64,000 nucleotides of DNA from Camelus ferus (lineage: Eukaryota). The position numbers and the translations under genes are program-made. The first letter of the stretch is position 1, and each line of letters begins with the position of its first letter. Positions 13,184 through 24,389 of this stretch are shown here, one piece after another. The notes beneath the pieces were generated by a model. It did not search any database. It saw only the letters and a program-made list of their open reading frames with translations, and had not been told where the DNA came from. Where the stretch lies: NCBI RefSeq assembly GCF_009834535.1, contig NC_045696.1, positions 61,258,001 to 61,322,000 on the forward strand, in the 5' to 3' direction.

Positions 13184-16100
13184 GAAATAATACAGAGAGA
13201 TCCATTATAAACTTTGCCCAGTTTCTCCCAATAGTCAAATTTTGCAGAACTACAGTATAATGTAACAGCCTGAATACTGATGTTGATACAATACAATCCA
13301 CTAATATTATTCAGATTTCCCCAGTTTTACTTGTACTCATTTGTGTGTTTGTGTATATTAAGTTCTAAACAATCAATCAAAATACTGAAAAGTAGTTGTG
13401 ACACCACGAAGATCCTTCCCATTGCCATTTGATATCCATACCCACTTCCTTCCCACCCTCAACTCCTGGCAACCACTAACCTCTCTTCCATTTCTACCAT
13501 GTCATTTCAAAAATGTTATTTTGGATGACCTGTAACATTATGCTAAGCAAACTAAGCCAGTCACAAGAGGCAACATGTTGTATGATTCCATTCACTTAAA
13601 ATACCCAGAAGAGGCAAATCCATAGAAACAGAGAGTAGATTAGCGATTGCCCGGACTAAGAGGAGGTGAAGAATGGGGAGTGACTACTAATGGGTGTGGG
13701 GTTTCTTTAGGGGATAATGAAAATGTTCTGGATTAGATCATGGTGATGGTTGCACAACCTGTGAATATACTAAAAACTGAATTGTGCACTTTAAAGGATG
13801 AGTTTTATGGTATGTGAATTATATCTCAATTTAAAAAGTAAAAAATAAAACAGTTCAATATGGCTGCACAGCAAAACTTAACTAACTCTTAAGGAGAGTT
13901 CAAAAGATAAAAGAAATAATAAAACCCATCCAAGACAACCATTGTCTTTTGATACGCTCCATTCAAGGCCCTTGTGTAGGTCTGACTTTTAATTTTCCTT
14001 TTTACAAAACATAGTTATAAATGAATTCTATACATACATATAAATAAAACTCTGTTACAAAGACATAATTTAAACCTCTTTCACTTAAGTATTTCTGATT
14101 ACTTCATTTTCATCAAAAGACAACAGCCACAAAATACTCCAAGTGGATAGGCTAGTTTTGGAAGTACCCTGTAACTTTAGATAATTGGAACTTATTTTAT
14201 TTGCATGTAAAGTACTTTAATAAATTATGTTATCAGGCACGAGAGTTTAAGACCGATGGTTTTCAAAATGTAAGAAAATCAACAATACCATTTAGCTAAA
14301 GAATGATAGGATACCAATGTATTTAATAACTCATACTCACCTTTTCAGCAAAAGTGATTTTCCCTGCTCTAACAATCACTAAAGATCCATTCACAGGCGT
14401 GTTTAAATCCTCAAAGTCTTTTTCAGTGCCAAAATTAGCATGGACCAGTTTACCCTAGAATAAAGACATTAGATTCAATGAGTATTATCGTATTAGAACA
14501 ACCAGAGTCTGCTACAAAATGATTTTACAGGTCATATCCAAGAAAGAGAAGAAAAAGACCAGGGCCTAGAAAGGATATATAAGAGTTCTAAAGTCAAAAC
14601 TGGTCAGGGTTAACAGTAGCGAAGTCAAGATTTCTGGTCCCCTATATTCATGTCTTTCATTATCCCATGATGTCTTTAATCTAATTAACATTGATCTATT
14701 TACGTCAATTAATTTACATTCCTTCAGATATTTTGGAGGAAGAGAAAGGATAATAAGATATCTTTTTAAAAAAAAGACATATATCAATATAAATATTGTA
14801 GGCTAGCCATGGCAGCATGAATTATATAATGTTCCCACACTTGAACCCCAGACAACTGAGGATATATACATAAGAATTAACTGAAAATGCTGATAATAAA
14901 TCTGTCCAAAAGTTGGTTTACAGTAAAATGACCTGCATAGATCAACTTGTAGATGTTTATATAAGCTGTCATCATAATGTTCCTTAACTCCATCAGAGTT
15001 CACATGTACAGCCATAAACTGACATTAACAACCAAATATCTAAATATAGAAAGCTAGCAGGTGAACCAAAACTCCAAATGTTCTTTAACAGAACAATCTA
15101 CCCATCTCCAAACCACTGGCTTGTGGGTAGCCACGGAAAGTGATACAGCACAGGTAACTAAGAAGACACAGAACCACTGTAAAACTTCATTTGACTTGGA
15201 AGGCATTCTCTGCAGACACCCCTGGCACACAAATATGTAATTTTTAACCTAAAAACATAGATAGATTTATGTAGCTGTTTTTTAATTTCCATAGTAGTTT
15301 GGCCATATTTGCCTAAATTTTAAAAGATCAAGCATTAAAGAATCAAGCTAAGATTAGATGCCAGTGAAGATGGTTATTCATATCTGTCCCCACATAAGGG
15401 GGTATCTGATATACGAATTCATTCAGCAAATAGTACCATGCATCAGGCACTGTCCAAGGCTCTGAGACACAGCAGAAAATGAAACCAACCCCTAGCTCTT
15501 CCTATAGCTTACATTCTAGTGTGGAAACAAATGGATAATGTCAGGTGCTGTGGGTCCTAGGAAGAAAAGTAAAGCAGGATGGGGAGAAATGATTAGAGGA
15601 AGGCCATTTTTGATAAGATAATGTTGGAGAAGAGACTTGCACAAAGTGAGGGGAAAAGCCATGCTGATATTTTAGGGAAGAGTGGACCAGGCAAAGGGAA
15701 AGACGATTTCTATAAAGGTCTTGAGGTAGGACTATGCTTGAGTTTGAGAGTTTGAGGAACAGCAGGGAGGTATGAGTGGCCAGAGCAGAGTAAGCAAAGA
15801 AGAGAGCAGTAGAATTACTTTGGGCCTTGCTGACCAAGAGGAGGACTTGAGATTTTATTTTAATTGTGGCATAGGAGGGTTGAGAACAAGAATATCCCAT
15901 GATCAGTTACATTTTATAAGTAAATTTATACTGTAACTACTAAGAACAGTAAAGACAATGAGTTTTCGAGCTACTTAGCAGGGAAGTCTCGTGCACGGTT
16001 TGCCTTACTCACAGTAACTGTCGTAGTCTTACTATACGCCACGTAACCCTCAGGATTCTCCACCGAGTGTATCAAGCTGCCACTGCTTGAATCCACTATG

Positions 16101-19098
16101 ATCACCGAGTTTTGAGCATTGCTTAAAAAAAAAAGATTAAGTTAAAATGAAGCTAAGGCATCCTTAGGGAAAAATTAAATGGCTTTAACACATTTAGCAT
16201 TTGACTTGCATTATTTATTTTAAAGGTCTTAGCTATAATCAGCACACCTGAAGGTAGCTGCTTCTATAAAATAAGTTTACTATTGTTCAACATACCTGTC
16301 TTTGACCTGAATTTTAACAAAATGTTCATCATGCCAGACTTTGCTGAGTTTAAATTCACGGAACTGATTTTCAATGAAAAATGCAAGACTTTCATCTTTT
16401 TGAGATCCAGCCTCACGAGGGACATAAGAATTTCCATTCAGCATCCTGAAGAAAAAAAGTCACTGTTAAATGAACTGACGTTTAACTGAAAATAAACAAT
16501 GAACTCAAATATCAAGCAAATTGTTTTAAAAGCACCCCAAATCCTGGACTAACCAGGTAGAGACAAACTTAGAAGAAAAAAAAATGTGTGCCCATATTTG
16601 AAGGAATTTATGATTTCAAACTTATTAAAACCTCTTTATCTACTGTAAAGCCCATTCCAATATCACATATCTGCTTAGGGTGGTTTTAGGGGAAATGAGC
16701 AGCTTCCAGGAGATCTGCTATAAGCGAAATGAAACAGGATTGATGAACTCAAGATGTAGTGCTTCAAGTTCACTTACTTTGAAGCATTCTGAATACCCTG
16801 GAAGAAAACTGCTCTTCGTTCTGAGTTCCCATGACTCTTTGTAAATATACACCCCATATTAGTTATACAATTTTTTTTTCTGGTAGACTATATCCTCACT
16901 TTATCCATAATGCCTAGTGCACAGTATACACAAAAGTACTCATCAGATGAAGTAAAAATACCAAGATTCCTCATTTAAGACCAGAAGAATTACTGTACCA
17001 TTGAAACTATAGGAAGCTAGCAAAAGGTGAAAGATGAGGTGTTCTTTATGCAGAGTTAGATATATATCTTAAGGAAGATCTTAAAAATCTAAGAACAAAA
17101 ACCTTAAGGACACTTCTTGGAGTATGACTGAGTGAGAACCATAAAAAATCAAGAAATACTAGAGATGTATCAAGATGGGCAGACAAGTTAGTCCCGAGTT
17201 AGAGGATGAAAAAGGCTACCAGTGCTCTTGTGGATAGTAGCAGGGCTCAGCATGACTTACAAGGGGTTAAGATGGAAAATGAGAGCAGAAGAAAGTCTGA
17301 CAGCAAGCACCAAGCTACAAAGAACCAAATGATCAAGAATCCGTGAATTTTCTTAGGAAAAAGGAGAGTTATGCAAAAGTTCTAACTTTTTTCCCTATCA
17401 ATATAGTTTGAATTCTTTACGGATTCTTTACCCTCTAACTAAACATGGGAAGACTCCCTATTTTAAAAAGCTTTTCCTCCAGATTATCACCTTTGTTTTA
17501 TCTCACTGCACTTAATAATCACTGTTTGTTTGGGTGTTGAGGTTGAACTTGTGAAGTAGCTCAAGCTTACTTGAGGGTACCGATGAAGTCTGTGGTATCC
17601 AGTCTCTCTGACAACATTGATTTGAGGTCTGCCCAAAATAGACGAGGTGTTTCAGGAAGGTGCTCTTCTGGCTCAAAAGATTCTGTACCCTCTGTGCACG
17701 GAGACTCTGTTCCTGCTGGTCTCTCACATTGGGCTTTTGTTTCTGCACGTCTACAATAGCCCAAGTAGCCAATCATAAATCCTAAGGATAAAAAGTTTCA
17801 GAGCTGAATTCAGAATTTCATTTATAATCTATTCCTGTAAGAACTGTTAATGTATTGAACTAACCCTTGAAAAGACTGGTTTTAAATCAAATTGTAAGCA
17901 GTTTCAAAATTAAACAATGCATCTCAGTTTTGTCTATTTTAAACCATTCAATATATTACATAATAACTTTATTTTAAATAGTCATCTTTTCAAAGCAAAG
18001 GTAACTTTTCTTCCCAGAAGCCTTCCTTGAATCCTCAGTCAAGCTTCTATGCTACCAATATCCTGTACATATTCCTAGTGGAGCATTTGCACATCACACT
18101 GAAATGATTCATGCACCTCTCTTCTCCCACCAGGCTAACCTCAAAGGCAGGTATAGAAAATCCTAGCCATCATTATATTCCTAGTGCCTTGCATAATGGA
18201 ATGTAAAGAGGTATGAAATAAATGTTTGCTGGGCGGGATCAGGAGAATTCCTAGAGCTGGTGACAAGGAACATTTAAGTTTTGAATGGCCACTCTTACCA
18301 ATCAAGAAAAAGATGATTATAGCAGTAGTCCCATAGCAGATATATCCATTTAACCTTCTTGGTTTTGTGACACTGGTGTGGTTACCCATCGTGTTATTGT
18401 CAACATTTTCTTCTTCATCGGCAGCTAGTTTCATCTCCACGTGACTATTATCGCCATCCACTTGCCGAGCCAGACTAAACCGGGTATATGACAGCGGTTC
18501 TCCACCAAACTGAGATTTTTTTAAAAGACGGAAAGAAAGCATTATGAAGGAGAAGAAAGGGAATAGGGACATTTAAACAAAGTTTGGCCAGATGCGATAC
18601 TTATTATTGGGCCATTGCTATGACTTGCTATACATTCTTAAGAAGAAAGAAGTTCCCCTTTCAAATCAGCATTCTGCCCTGTGCCCAGTTGTGTCAATGG
18701 CAGATGAGGCCTGGATCACACTGGCCCTCTTCATCTCATTTAGCCTTTTCACAGAGGGTTTCTGTTACGTGTGTCTACTGGTATACATTCTGACGTGTTT
18801 TCTTTAGTTCATCTTATCTATTTGGTTGTCTCTCTTTAGCATGCCCTGAAACTTTTTATAAGATTTTCCATGAAAACCCTACCCAAGACTGAATATACCC
18901 TTCTTTTGTGGGATCAGTTATACCTCAAGACTACCATTTCAAATGTAAATGAATACCTGATGATCGCTTTAGGTATTATTTCATGCTTACTAGGTGAAAG
19001 CCATTCTTGTGTACTTCATATTCATCCAAACTGGTGACACAGTAATACAACTTAAATCTTACCAAGTTAGAGAATGCTGATCTGGCTTGATCCATCAT
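1794..19098 (-). CDS. TFRC: Transferrin receptor protein 1 (TfR1/CD71), complete spliced CDS in 18 coding exons, 2313 nt = 770 aa + TAA
   Basis: Manual splicing gives an uninterrupted frame from [12 protein letters not shown] (ATG 19098) to ...IWDIDNDL* (stop 1794-1796). YTRF internalisation motif, TM helix, [16 protein letters not shown] and [15 protein letters not shown] (RGD) are present. All introns are GT-AG with compatible phases. Confidence 0.99.
2656..2796 (-). CDS. TFRC: TFRC exon 18 (141 nt): helical domain, transferrin/HFE-binding RGD
   Basis: [47 protein letters not shown]. Confidence 0.98.
3103..3243 (+). mobile_element. tRNA-derived SINE (camelid vic-1-like)
   Basis: GGGGAGGGTATAGCTCAGTGG (A box) ... 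GGGCTCAATCCCC (B box), A-rich tail; degenerate TSD aaaagtttataatcct / aaaagtatataactct. Confidence 0.88.
3940..4161 (-). CDS. TFRC: TFRC exon 17 (222 nt)
   Basis: [17 protein letters not shown]...[25 protein letters not shown]...RTDIK. Confidence 0.98.
4833..5053 (-). mobile_element. L1 3' end fragment (young, lineage-type)
   Basis: Reverse complement of the same L1 3' UTR seen at 61430-61665; 12-bp TSD aaaacatgactt (4821-4832, 5054-5065). Confidence 0.85.
5992..6073 (-). CDS. TFRC: TFRC exon 16 (82 nt)
   Basis: [27 protein letters not shown]. Confidence 0.98.
6294..6352 (-). CDS. TFRC: TFRC exon 15 (59 nt)
   Basis: [20 protein letters not shown]. Confidence 0.97.
7258..7325 (-). CDS. TFRC: TFRC exon 14 (68 nt)
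   Basis: [23 protein letters not shown]. Confidence 0.97.
7911..8090. mobile_element. MER5A-like hAT DNA transposon (MITE)
   Basis: Termini agtggttctcaaactt ... aagaaccactg with typical internal gcatcagaatcac / cccaggtgat motifs. Confidence 0.8.
8273..8336 (-). CDS. TFRC: TFRC exon 13 (64 nt)
   Basis: [21 protein letters not shown]. Confidence 0.98.
8560..8645 (-). CDS. TFRC: TFRC exon 12 (86 nt)
   Basis: [29 protein letters not shown]. Confidence 0.98.
9285..9385. repeat. AT-rich low-complexity (TA-type) tract
   Basis: Direct read; a similar tract lies at 44430-44500. Confidence 0.8.
9747..9866 (-). CDS. TFRC: TFRC exon 11 (120 nt)
   Basis: [40 protein letters not shown]. Confidence 0.98.
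10195..10350. mobile_element. MER58-like hAT DNA transposon
   Basis: ggcaaactacagcc...ggcagagctga...tatggcc...aaatttgc..acctctg. Confidence 0.65.
10598..10755 (-). CDS. TFRC: TFRC exon 10 (158 nt)
   Basis: [52 protein letters not shown]. Confidence 0.98.
11735..12020 (+). mobile_element. L3/CR1-like LINE remnant
   Basis: gaactgaggatatt...agatttcagctca...tctaaca...tgaatgagttgcc pattern. Confidence 0.5.
12217..12356 (-). CDS. TFRC: TFRC exon 9 (140 nt)
   Basis: [46 protein letters not shown]. Confidence 0.98.
12740..12838 (-). CDS. TFRC: TFRC exon 8 (99 nt)
   Basis: [33 protein letters not shown]. Confidence 0.98.
12985..13520 (-). mobile_element. Old L1 (L1MC-like) 3' end, interrupted by a polyadenylated insert
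   Basis: ttttattgagataat...aataatacagagag...cccagttt...gcagaactacagtata pattern typical of reverse L1M 3' ends. Confidence 0.65.
13064..13184 (+). mobile_element. Short polyadenylated retro-insert (LTR R-region-like) with perfect 15-bp TSD
   Basis: 82-nt body, AATAAA 13129-13134, A18(GAAAA)n tail, TSD aaataatacagagag at 13049-13063 and 13185-13199. Confidence 0.85.
13521..13848 (+). mobile_element. L1MB-like 3' end
   Basis: aacattatgctaag...tgtatgattccatt...ggcaaatccatagaaacaga...ggtatgtgaattatatctcaat. Confidence 0.8.
14341..14454 (-). CDS. TFRC: TFRC exon 7 (114 nt)
   Basis: [38 protein letters not shown]. Confidence 0.98.
15415..15920 (-). mobile_element. L2 LINE 3' fragment
   Basis: attcattcagcaaata...caggcactgt...gcttacattctagt...gaggaacagcagggagg pattern. 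Confidence 0.7.
16013..16121 (-). CDS. TFRC: TFRC exon 6 (109 nt): apical domain
   Basis: [36 protein letters not shown]; donor GTGAG. Confidence 0.96.
16296..16445 (-). CDS. TFRC: TFRC exon 5 (150 nt)
   Basis: [49 protein letters not shown]. Confidence 0.97.
17571..17781 (-). CDS. TFRC: TFRC exon 4 (211 nt): end of TM, stalk
   Basis: [26 protein letters not shown]...[15 protein letters not shown]..., bounded by AG/GT. Confidence 0.97.
18299..18509 (-). CDS. TFRC: TFRC exon 3 (211 nt): cytoplasmic tail with YTRF (18477-18488) and start of TM
   Basis: [28 protein letters not shown]...[15 protein letters not shown], bounded by AG/GT. Confidence 0.98.
19063..19098 (-). CDS. TFRC: TFRC exon 2 coding part (whole exon 19063-19121, 59 nt): [12 protein letters not shown]
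   Basis: Acceptor AG at 19123-19122, donor GTAAG at 19062. Confidence 0.97.
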
Positions 19099-19289
19099 TC
19101 TGAGCTGTCACACAGAAGAGCCTAGTATTAAAACAGAGAATTAATATAATGAGTTAGATCCTACTGTATCAGATTAGTAAGGGCTTTTCATTACCACACT
19201 AGATTAAGTATTACTTATCATTGTATATTAAATTTAATTTTAAATATATTATCACCTTTCTAGAAAGACTCTTTAACCAAGATGTTTAG

Positions 19290-19680
19290 TTTATGTGACA
19301 ACTAAATTTAGTGTGATCCTTGATTAGATCCTGAACTGAGGTGAGGTGGGAGTAGAGACAGCTTGGAGGACATTATTGAGAGAAATAATAAATTTGAATG
19401 CAGACTATATACTGGGTAATGTACTGTATCAATATTAGATTTAGGAGTGTGATAATGGTGTTGCTTTTTTGGAGGAGAACATCCTTGTTCTTAGGAGATT
19501 AATGCCAGTAATTTAAGAATGAAATGTTGTGATATCTGTAACTTCCAAATAGTTCAGTTAAAAAAAGTATACAAGAAATAAAGCAAATGTGGAAATCTGT
19601 AAAGAGTACATGGATATACACTGTAATGTTTCAATATTTCTTGTAGGTTTGAAGTTTTTTTTTAATTAAAATGTGAGGAA
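19290..19680 (+). mobile_element. Old L1 (L1MC/ME-like) 3' end in intron 1
   Basis: gatcctga...ggacattattgag...tgtatcaatatt...gataatggtgttg...cttgttcttaggagat...gtaggtttgaa. Confidence 0.65.
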
Positions 19681-22388
19681 AACTAGTTAGAATGTCATCC
19701 ATGGTAAGCAGAATTAAGTAACTGAATTTAGTAGTCAAAGAAAAGGGACAAATACAAAAGACAATAGACCAGAACCTTTAAAAAAAAAACTAAACTAAAA
19801 TTAAGACTGGTCACATGCTACACAGATCAGTAACAAACCATCTCCAATAGAAAAGGAGAGACAACTTGATACCTCTGATTAAATGAATAGTTCCTAACAA
19901 ATAATTTGACAGATCCTTCATGCAAAAAGAATAGATAAAAGAAAAACACAGAGTGTGCTATTTTATAGATGAAAAGGCCAGTTATTTGAGATATTAAGTG
20001 ACTTGTTCAAGGCTGAAAACTGATAATCTAAAAATGAAGTCCAGTGGTTAGTGGGTTTTACAGAAGGCATGTTCTCATCTCCAGAAATTAAAGAAATTAA
20101 TTTTAACTTTTTTCAAAGCAAACTACATCTCTGTAACCAAGAGTCTTAAAGCATAGGTATTAACTGAAATCTCGATTTTCCAATTAATTTGGTTTGAGTG
20201 CATCTAGACACTTGAAAGTGATATTATGTTAAGATGTATAAAATAGACACTTATTTCATACTATGTTAAAGCTTTTCCTATACTACAAGTACACTAACAG
20301 TGCATTTAACACCCACATAGCGCAAGGCACGCTGAGATACATAGGCAAATTGCAAAACAAAGACATATCAACTGGCACTAGGAAAGTCTTCCTATCAAAA
20401 CCTAAAAACAAAAAAGTAATTTTTAATCCCCAAGCTTTAAAGACCAGAGCCAATAAGCAATAGATCTTATTCTTAGAAGCACAATCTCTTGCTCCCACCT
20501 GGTACAAAAAGCTTATCACTATCACTGCTCGAGAACTGTGCAGACCCAATCACTAGAGCCAGAGCTAGAAGGCCCCACCCTGAACCAATTTTAATCACCC
20601 TTTTCTAGGAAAAAACAGCTCACCAGTTTAACATTCATCTGACCCAGCCATCCTTCAAGGTTTCTAGTTTTAAACTAACGTTAAGACTAACATGACAACA
20701 TATTTAACTAAATGATCTAAGTAAAGAATTTAAATAAATAAGAGACTGAGTGATTGCAAGTCTGCAGAAATAGATAGATATTAATAGCACACGTAATTAT
20801 GATTTTGTATAACTAAAATCTAAGTATACTTTTTACTGAGAAAACAAATATATTATTTCTACTTCAATCCCCAGACACAAAATTAAGACTATAACATAAA
20901 AGAAATCAAGTCAGAGGAAAACAATTGTGACCTAGGTAATTCCCATTTTAACTCCATCATTTAACCTCACATCTGTGAAAAACACAGTTAATTCTATGGT
21001 ATCTACAGAAGTTATTCTTGAAGTTTTACATATAAATGTGAGTCATTCTTTCAAAATAATCTCACACTTAGTAAAGCTTTCTAATTAAAAGAACCCCTTA
21101 ATGAATTTTCTTCCAACTGAAATAACTCTAATTCATGTGCTCTGAAAGCATGAAAGAGAAACTTTTCATACCAGTTATATACTAGTCTATAAACAGGTAG
21201 TTCTGTTACAAGACTACATGTAAAAGCCAAACAACTCTTATTTGGCTTATTTCAAGATGTCACCACCAATGCTGATAATCTATTACAAGAGACAAACCAA
21301 ACATCACCTTGATTTTTATTCATATTAGCACCTTGTATATCTTTGGTGTTCTCAATGGTAACGAAAAACAATTCAGTTTCCCACAATAATAAAAATTAAG
21401 GTGAGCAAAAACAGAGCCCCACATATTTCAAACATGAAATGGAAGCTCTAAAATGTCTTTAAGCCATGGGATGGGGGACAGGAGGTATGCAAAGGTACTA
21501 GCTACACTACTGTCCCAAACTTCTTTCAAGTTCAAATCATCCTATTCCTACTTTCTTGAAATGTGGCATTAATTTTTATTTAATTTTCAAAAATACGGTA
21601 GTTATCTTGAGGTCTTGAGGTCTTAAGCTATTTTGGGGTGTCTCAAAACCAAGGGTCTGCACAAAATACATACAGCTAAATGAGTGTGGGGATCAGGTGC
21701 CAAAATACACTTGCACATATATATAACATCCAGAGCTGCTACTCCATTTCACCTGAAATAAAAATAAGACACTTGTTTGTGACTACTGACAAGCCCACTT
21801 CAATTTAGAAAACAAGCCACAGTTTTAAGCCCTTGGAGCTCACATAAAATGAAGTTCCTCTGATTGCTTTTGAGGCTCTTGTTCCAGAGATCTTCACTTC
21901 TCACTATCTTCTCCAAAATGAGACAGAATCCAGCCCCTGCCTGTACCTAACATTCTTCCTCTGTTCTTGAAATCCTACTCATTTCTTACAGGATCAGCTC
22001 AAGGGCCATCTCTATGAAGCCTTCTCTGGCTGATTTCCCTATCCTATAATACCTGAGATGGAATTATGTGGTAACTGACAAAGAGTAAAGATACTTTATT
22101 TCTTAACAGTTATTAGGGCATGCCTAATGTATATGAGGTGCATTTTTCTTATCATTTGGAAATTATATGAAAGAGAATATAATGAAAGCCTTGGATGCCG
22201 ACTCTTCTCATCCCTGCCACCATTTTGATTCATCCTGAAATCACTGGGTCATAGGGAAACTTTAAAAAGTAGAAAAATGTTAAACTTTACCTGGCAGGGC
22301 TCCAAGATCTCAAGCAACTGGTTATAGATACCCATTTTGCAAACAATTTCCCTAAACAATTATGCATTTGCAGGTGAAAATGAAAAGA

Positions 22389-22397
22389 TTCCAGGAA
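22389..22397. promoter_or_regulatory. GAS motif TTCCAGGAA in intron 1 (candidate STAT5 site; another TTCTAGGAA at 20603-20611)
   Basis: Exact TTC-N3-GAA; STAT5 binding in Tfrc intron 1 is reported, but such motifs also occur by chance. Confidence 0.35.
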
Positions 22398-23913
22398 CTT
22401 ACAAAAACTTCTGCACAGCTCTCAGAGTTCATATAATTGTGTATACGCAGAATGACTTGTAAAGAGATGGTTGGTCAAGGTTTCTTTACTAGCTTTAAGA
22501 GTCTAACTTTGTGGACCTCAAGTGAAAAGGCAGTGAAGGAAATCAAAGAAACAAGCAAAAATCTTCATTCTTATTTAGCTTTCTGGAAAAAAAATTGCTC
22601 AACTCAAAGGTCGGGAACTTGAAGTCACTGCAGTCTATTTGAGTAGTGTTCATCTGAGAGAGCAGACAGACAGCACATACAGAGAAGAGTTCCAAAAGGC
22701 CTCAGAGGATCATTTTTAACTGGCTTTCAATTGTCTGATTCAAGTTTAGCTGGGAACCTTCTCCATTCCAGATAACTACATTATCAGAGGCAAATAACTG
22801 CCACTCCTTAGGGCAGAGTTAGCTGAGTTGTTCTCTGTCCAACAATCTTCAGCACAGGCTAGGTTCACAACCACCATTATTGACAAGATCATTCTATCAA
22901 AGAAAAGTTAAAGAGTGCTATGCTATACATAGACTTTGGAAAATATTTCAGCTCAATGATAAAAAATTTTAAATTCTGGATTTGCTTGTGAAGCATATTG
23001 AGTTTCTTATAGTCCAAAATTGAGAAGAAAAGAAATAAAACAAAACAGCAGGGCCAACAAATACTTTAGATAACCTACACTTAATTTCCAAAGTAGAAAA
23101 CCACTTCTAGAAATCACTTTAAATAAACGTCTTTGACAATGTCAAATGCCCAAGCTCAGAGACAACTGAATCAGCATCCAGTATTCCAAATTCATAGCTA
23201 AGCCTCAAATGAAGATATCAGGTATTCAAATACTTCTGTAACAGGACCACCATTTCCTACTTCAATCTTCTTATCCGAAAAAGCAGCAATCAATTTCCCT
23301 GATATACCCAAGGTCGCCAAAAAGCAGTGGGCAAGGGGAAAATGTTAACCCAAGAATCAGGTCACAAAATATTATTTTCTTACCCACCCTCCCTAGTACT
23401 ACCTTAGAGAGCTGTCCACCAGAAGCAGTGACACAATGGGCCTCTAAGGCATTTGTCAATACAGCACAGCACTTTTATACCATACCTCTAATTTCCTGAA
23501 GGCAAAAGCTGATTCCAATCCAAATAGCTTTTACTTAGCCTCTAGACCATAGCTTTCACAAAGCATAAGTCTTATCCCCAGTGGTCTCCCATCTTATAGT
23601 GAGGAGAGCCCAGTAACCTGAATATTCTTAATGTGAACACATGCGGCGTTCAGTTGGCTTCTGCCTCGGGAAAACTGAGAGCCCACACACAAGGCCAACA
23701 GGCAGCGCTGAAAGATCAGGTTGCACCAGAGTTCAAATATACAGCTTACAGAAACGCCCACCTAAATGCCCAGGACACAGTCGTAATGCAGTTGAGGACA
23801 GCTTTGTCCGTTTCAGAGTCTAGGGCCTGGGTGGGCCCCGAGGAATCCAAGGGCTATGAGCTCAAGGTCACCCACCACCCCGACAGCCATTCCCAGGGAC
23901 ACTTCCTGAGAGC

Positions 23914-23919
23914 CACGTG
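23914..23919. promoter_or_regulatory. Canonical E-box CACGTG in intron 1 (candidate MYC site)
   Basis: CACGTG in the GC-rich start of intron 1, where a MYC-bound E-box is known in human/mouse TFRC; orthology not checked. Confidence 0.5.
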
Positions 23920-24302
23920 CTCCCCAGAGCGGGTCAGCTCCGCGGCAGCGTGGCTCACGCTTTGCTCCCGAGCCTGCAGCCTAGGGCTGTCCCACGAGGG
24001 CCTGCATCTTTTAAGGTTGAGTTAGTGAGGCCAAGAGATCTGGGTGGCCTGAGGAGGCTGAAGCAGAATGGCAAGGCGCAGAGCGACAGTGGGGCACCCC
24101 TCATCCAGCCCTCGGGGCCTTAACAGAGACTCCCCTACGCCTCTCGGCTATCGAGAGGAGGAGGGCACACAGATGAAGAGAAAGAAAGGGTAACCTCTCT
24201 TCGCAGCGCCGCTCCACCGGCGGCTCCCCGAGGCTGCTGGACCGCAGGCTGAAGGGAGGACTGGAGGGGTCGGCGAGATTCTAGCAGCAGCTTGTCACTC
24301 AC

Positions 24303-24365
24303 ACAGGCGCCTCCCCGTCTGCTACTCCCGTACCCGCCGCCCGTCGATGGTGAAGCTCTCTGATG
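24303..24365 (-). other. TFRC: TFRC non-coding exon 1 (TSS approximate)
   Basis: Donor GTGAGT at 24302-24297, directly downstream of GC boxes and a TATA-position element, in the same arrangement as the human TFRC promoter; 5' end estimated ~25-30 nt after the TATA-like element. Confidence 0.75.
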
Positions 24366-24389
24366 GGATGGTCAATCCTCAACCAACCG

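Noticed and set aside
1794..19098. Idea that this is a degenerating TFRC paralogue because of substitutions at conserved residues
   Set aside because: Frame, all splice sites, YTRF, RGD, promoter motifs and five IREs are intact.
23633..24025. 130-aa antisense ORF in TFRC intron 1
   Set aside because: Non-ATG start, no homology recognised; expected in GC-rich promoter-proximal DNA.
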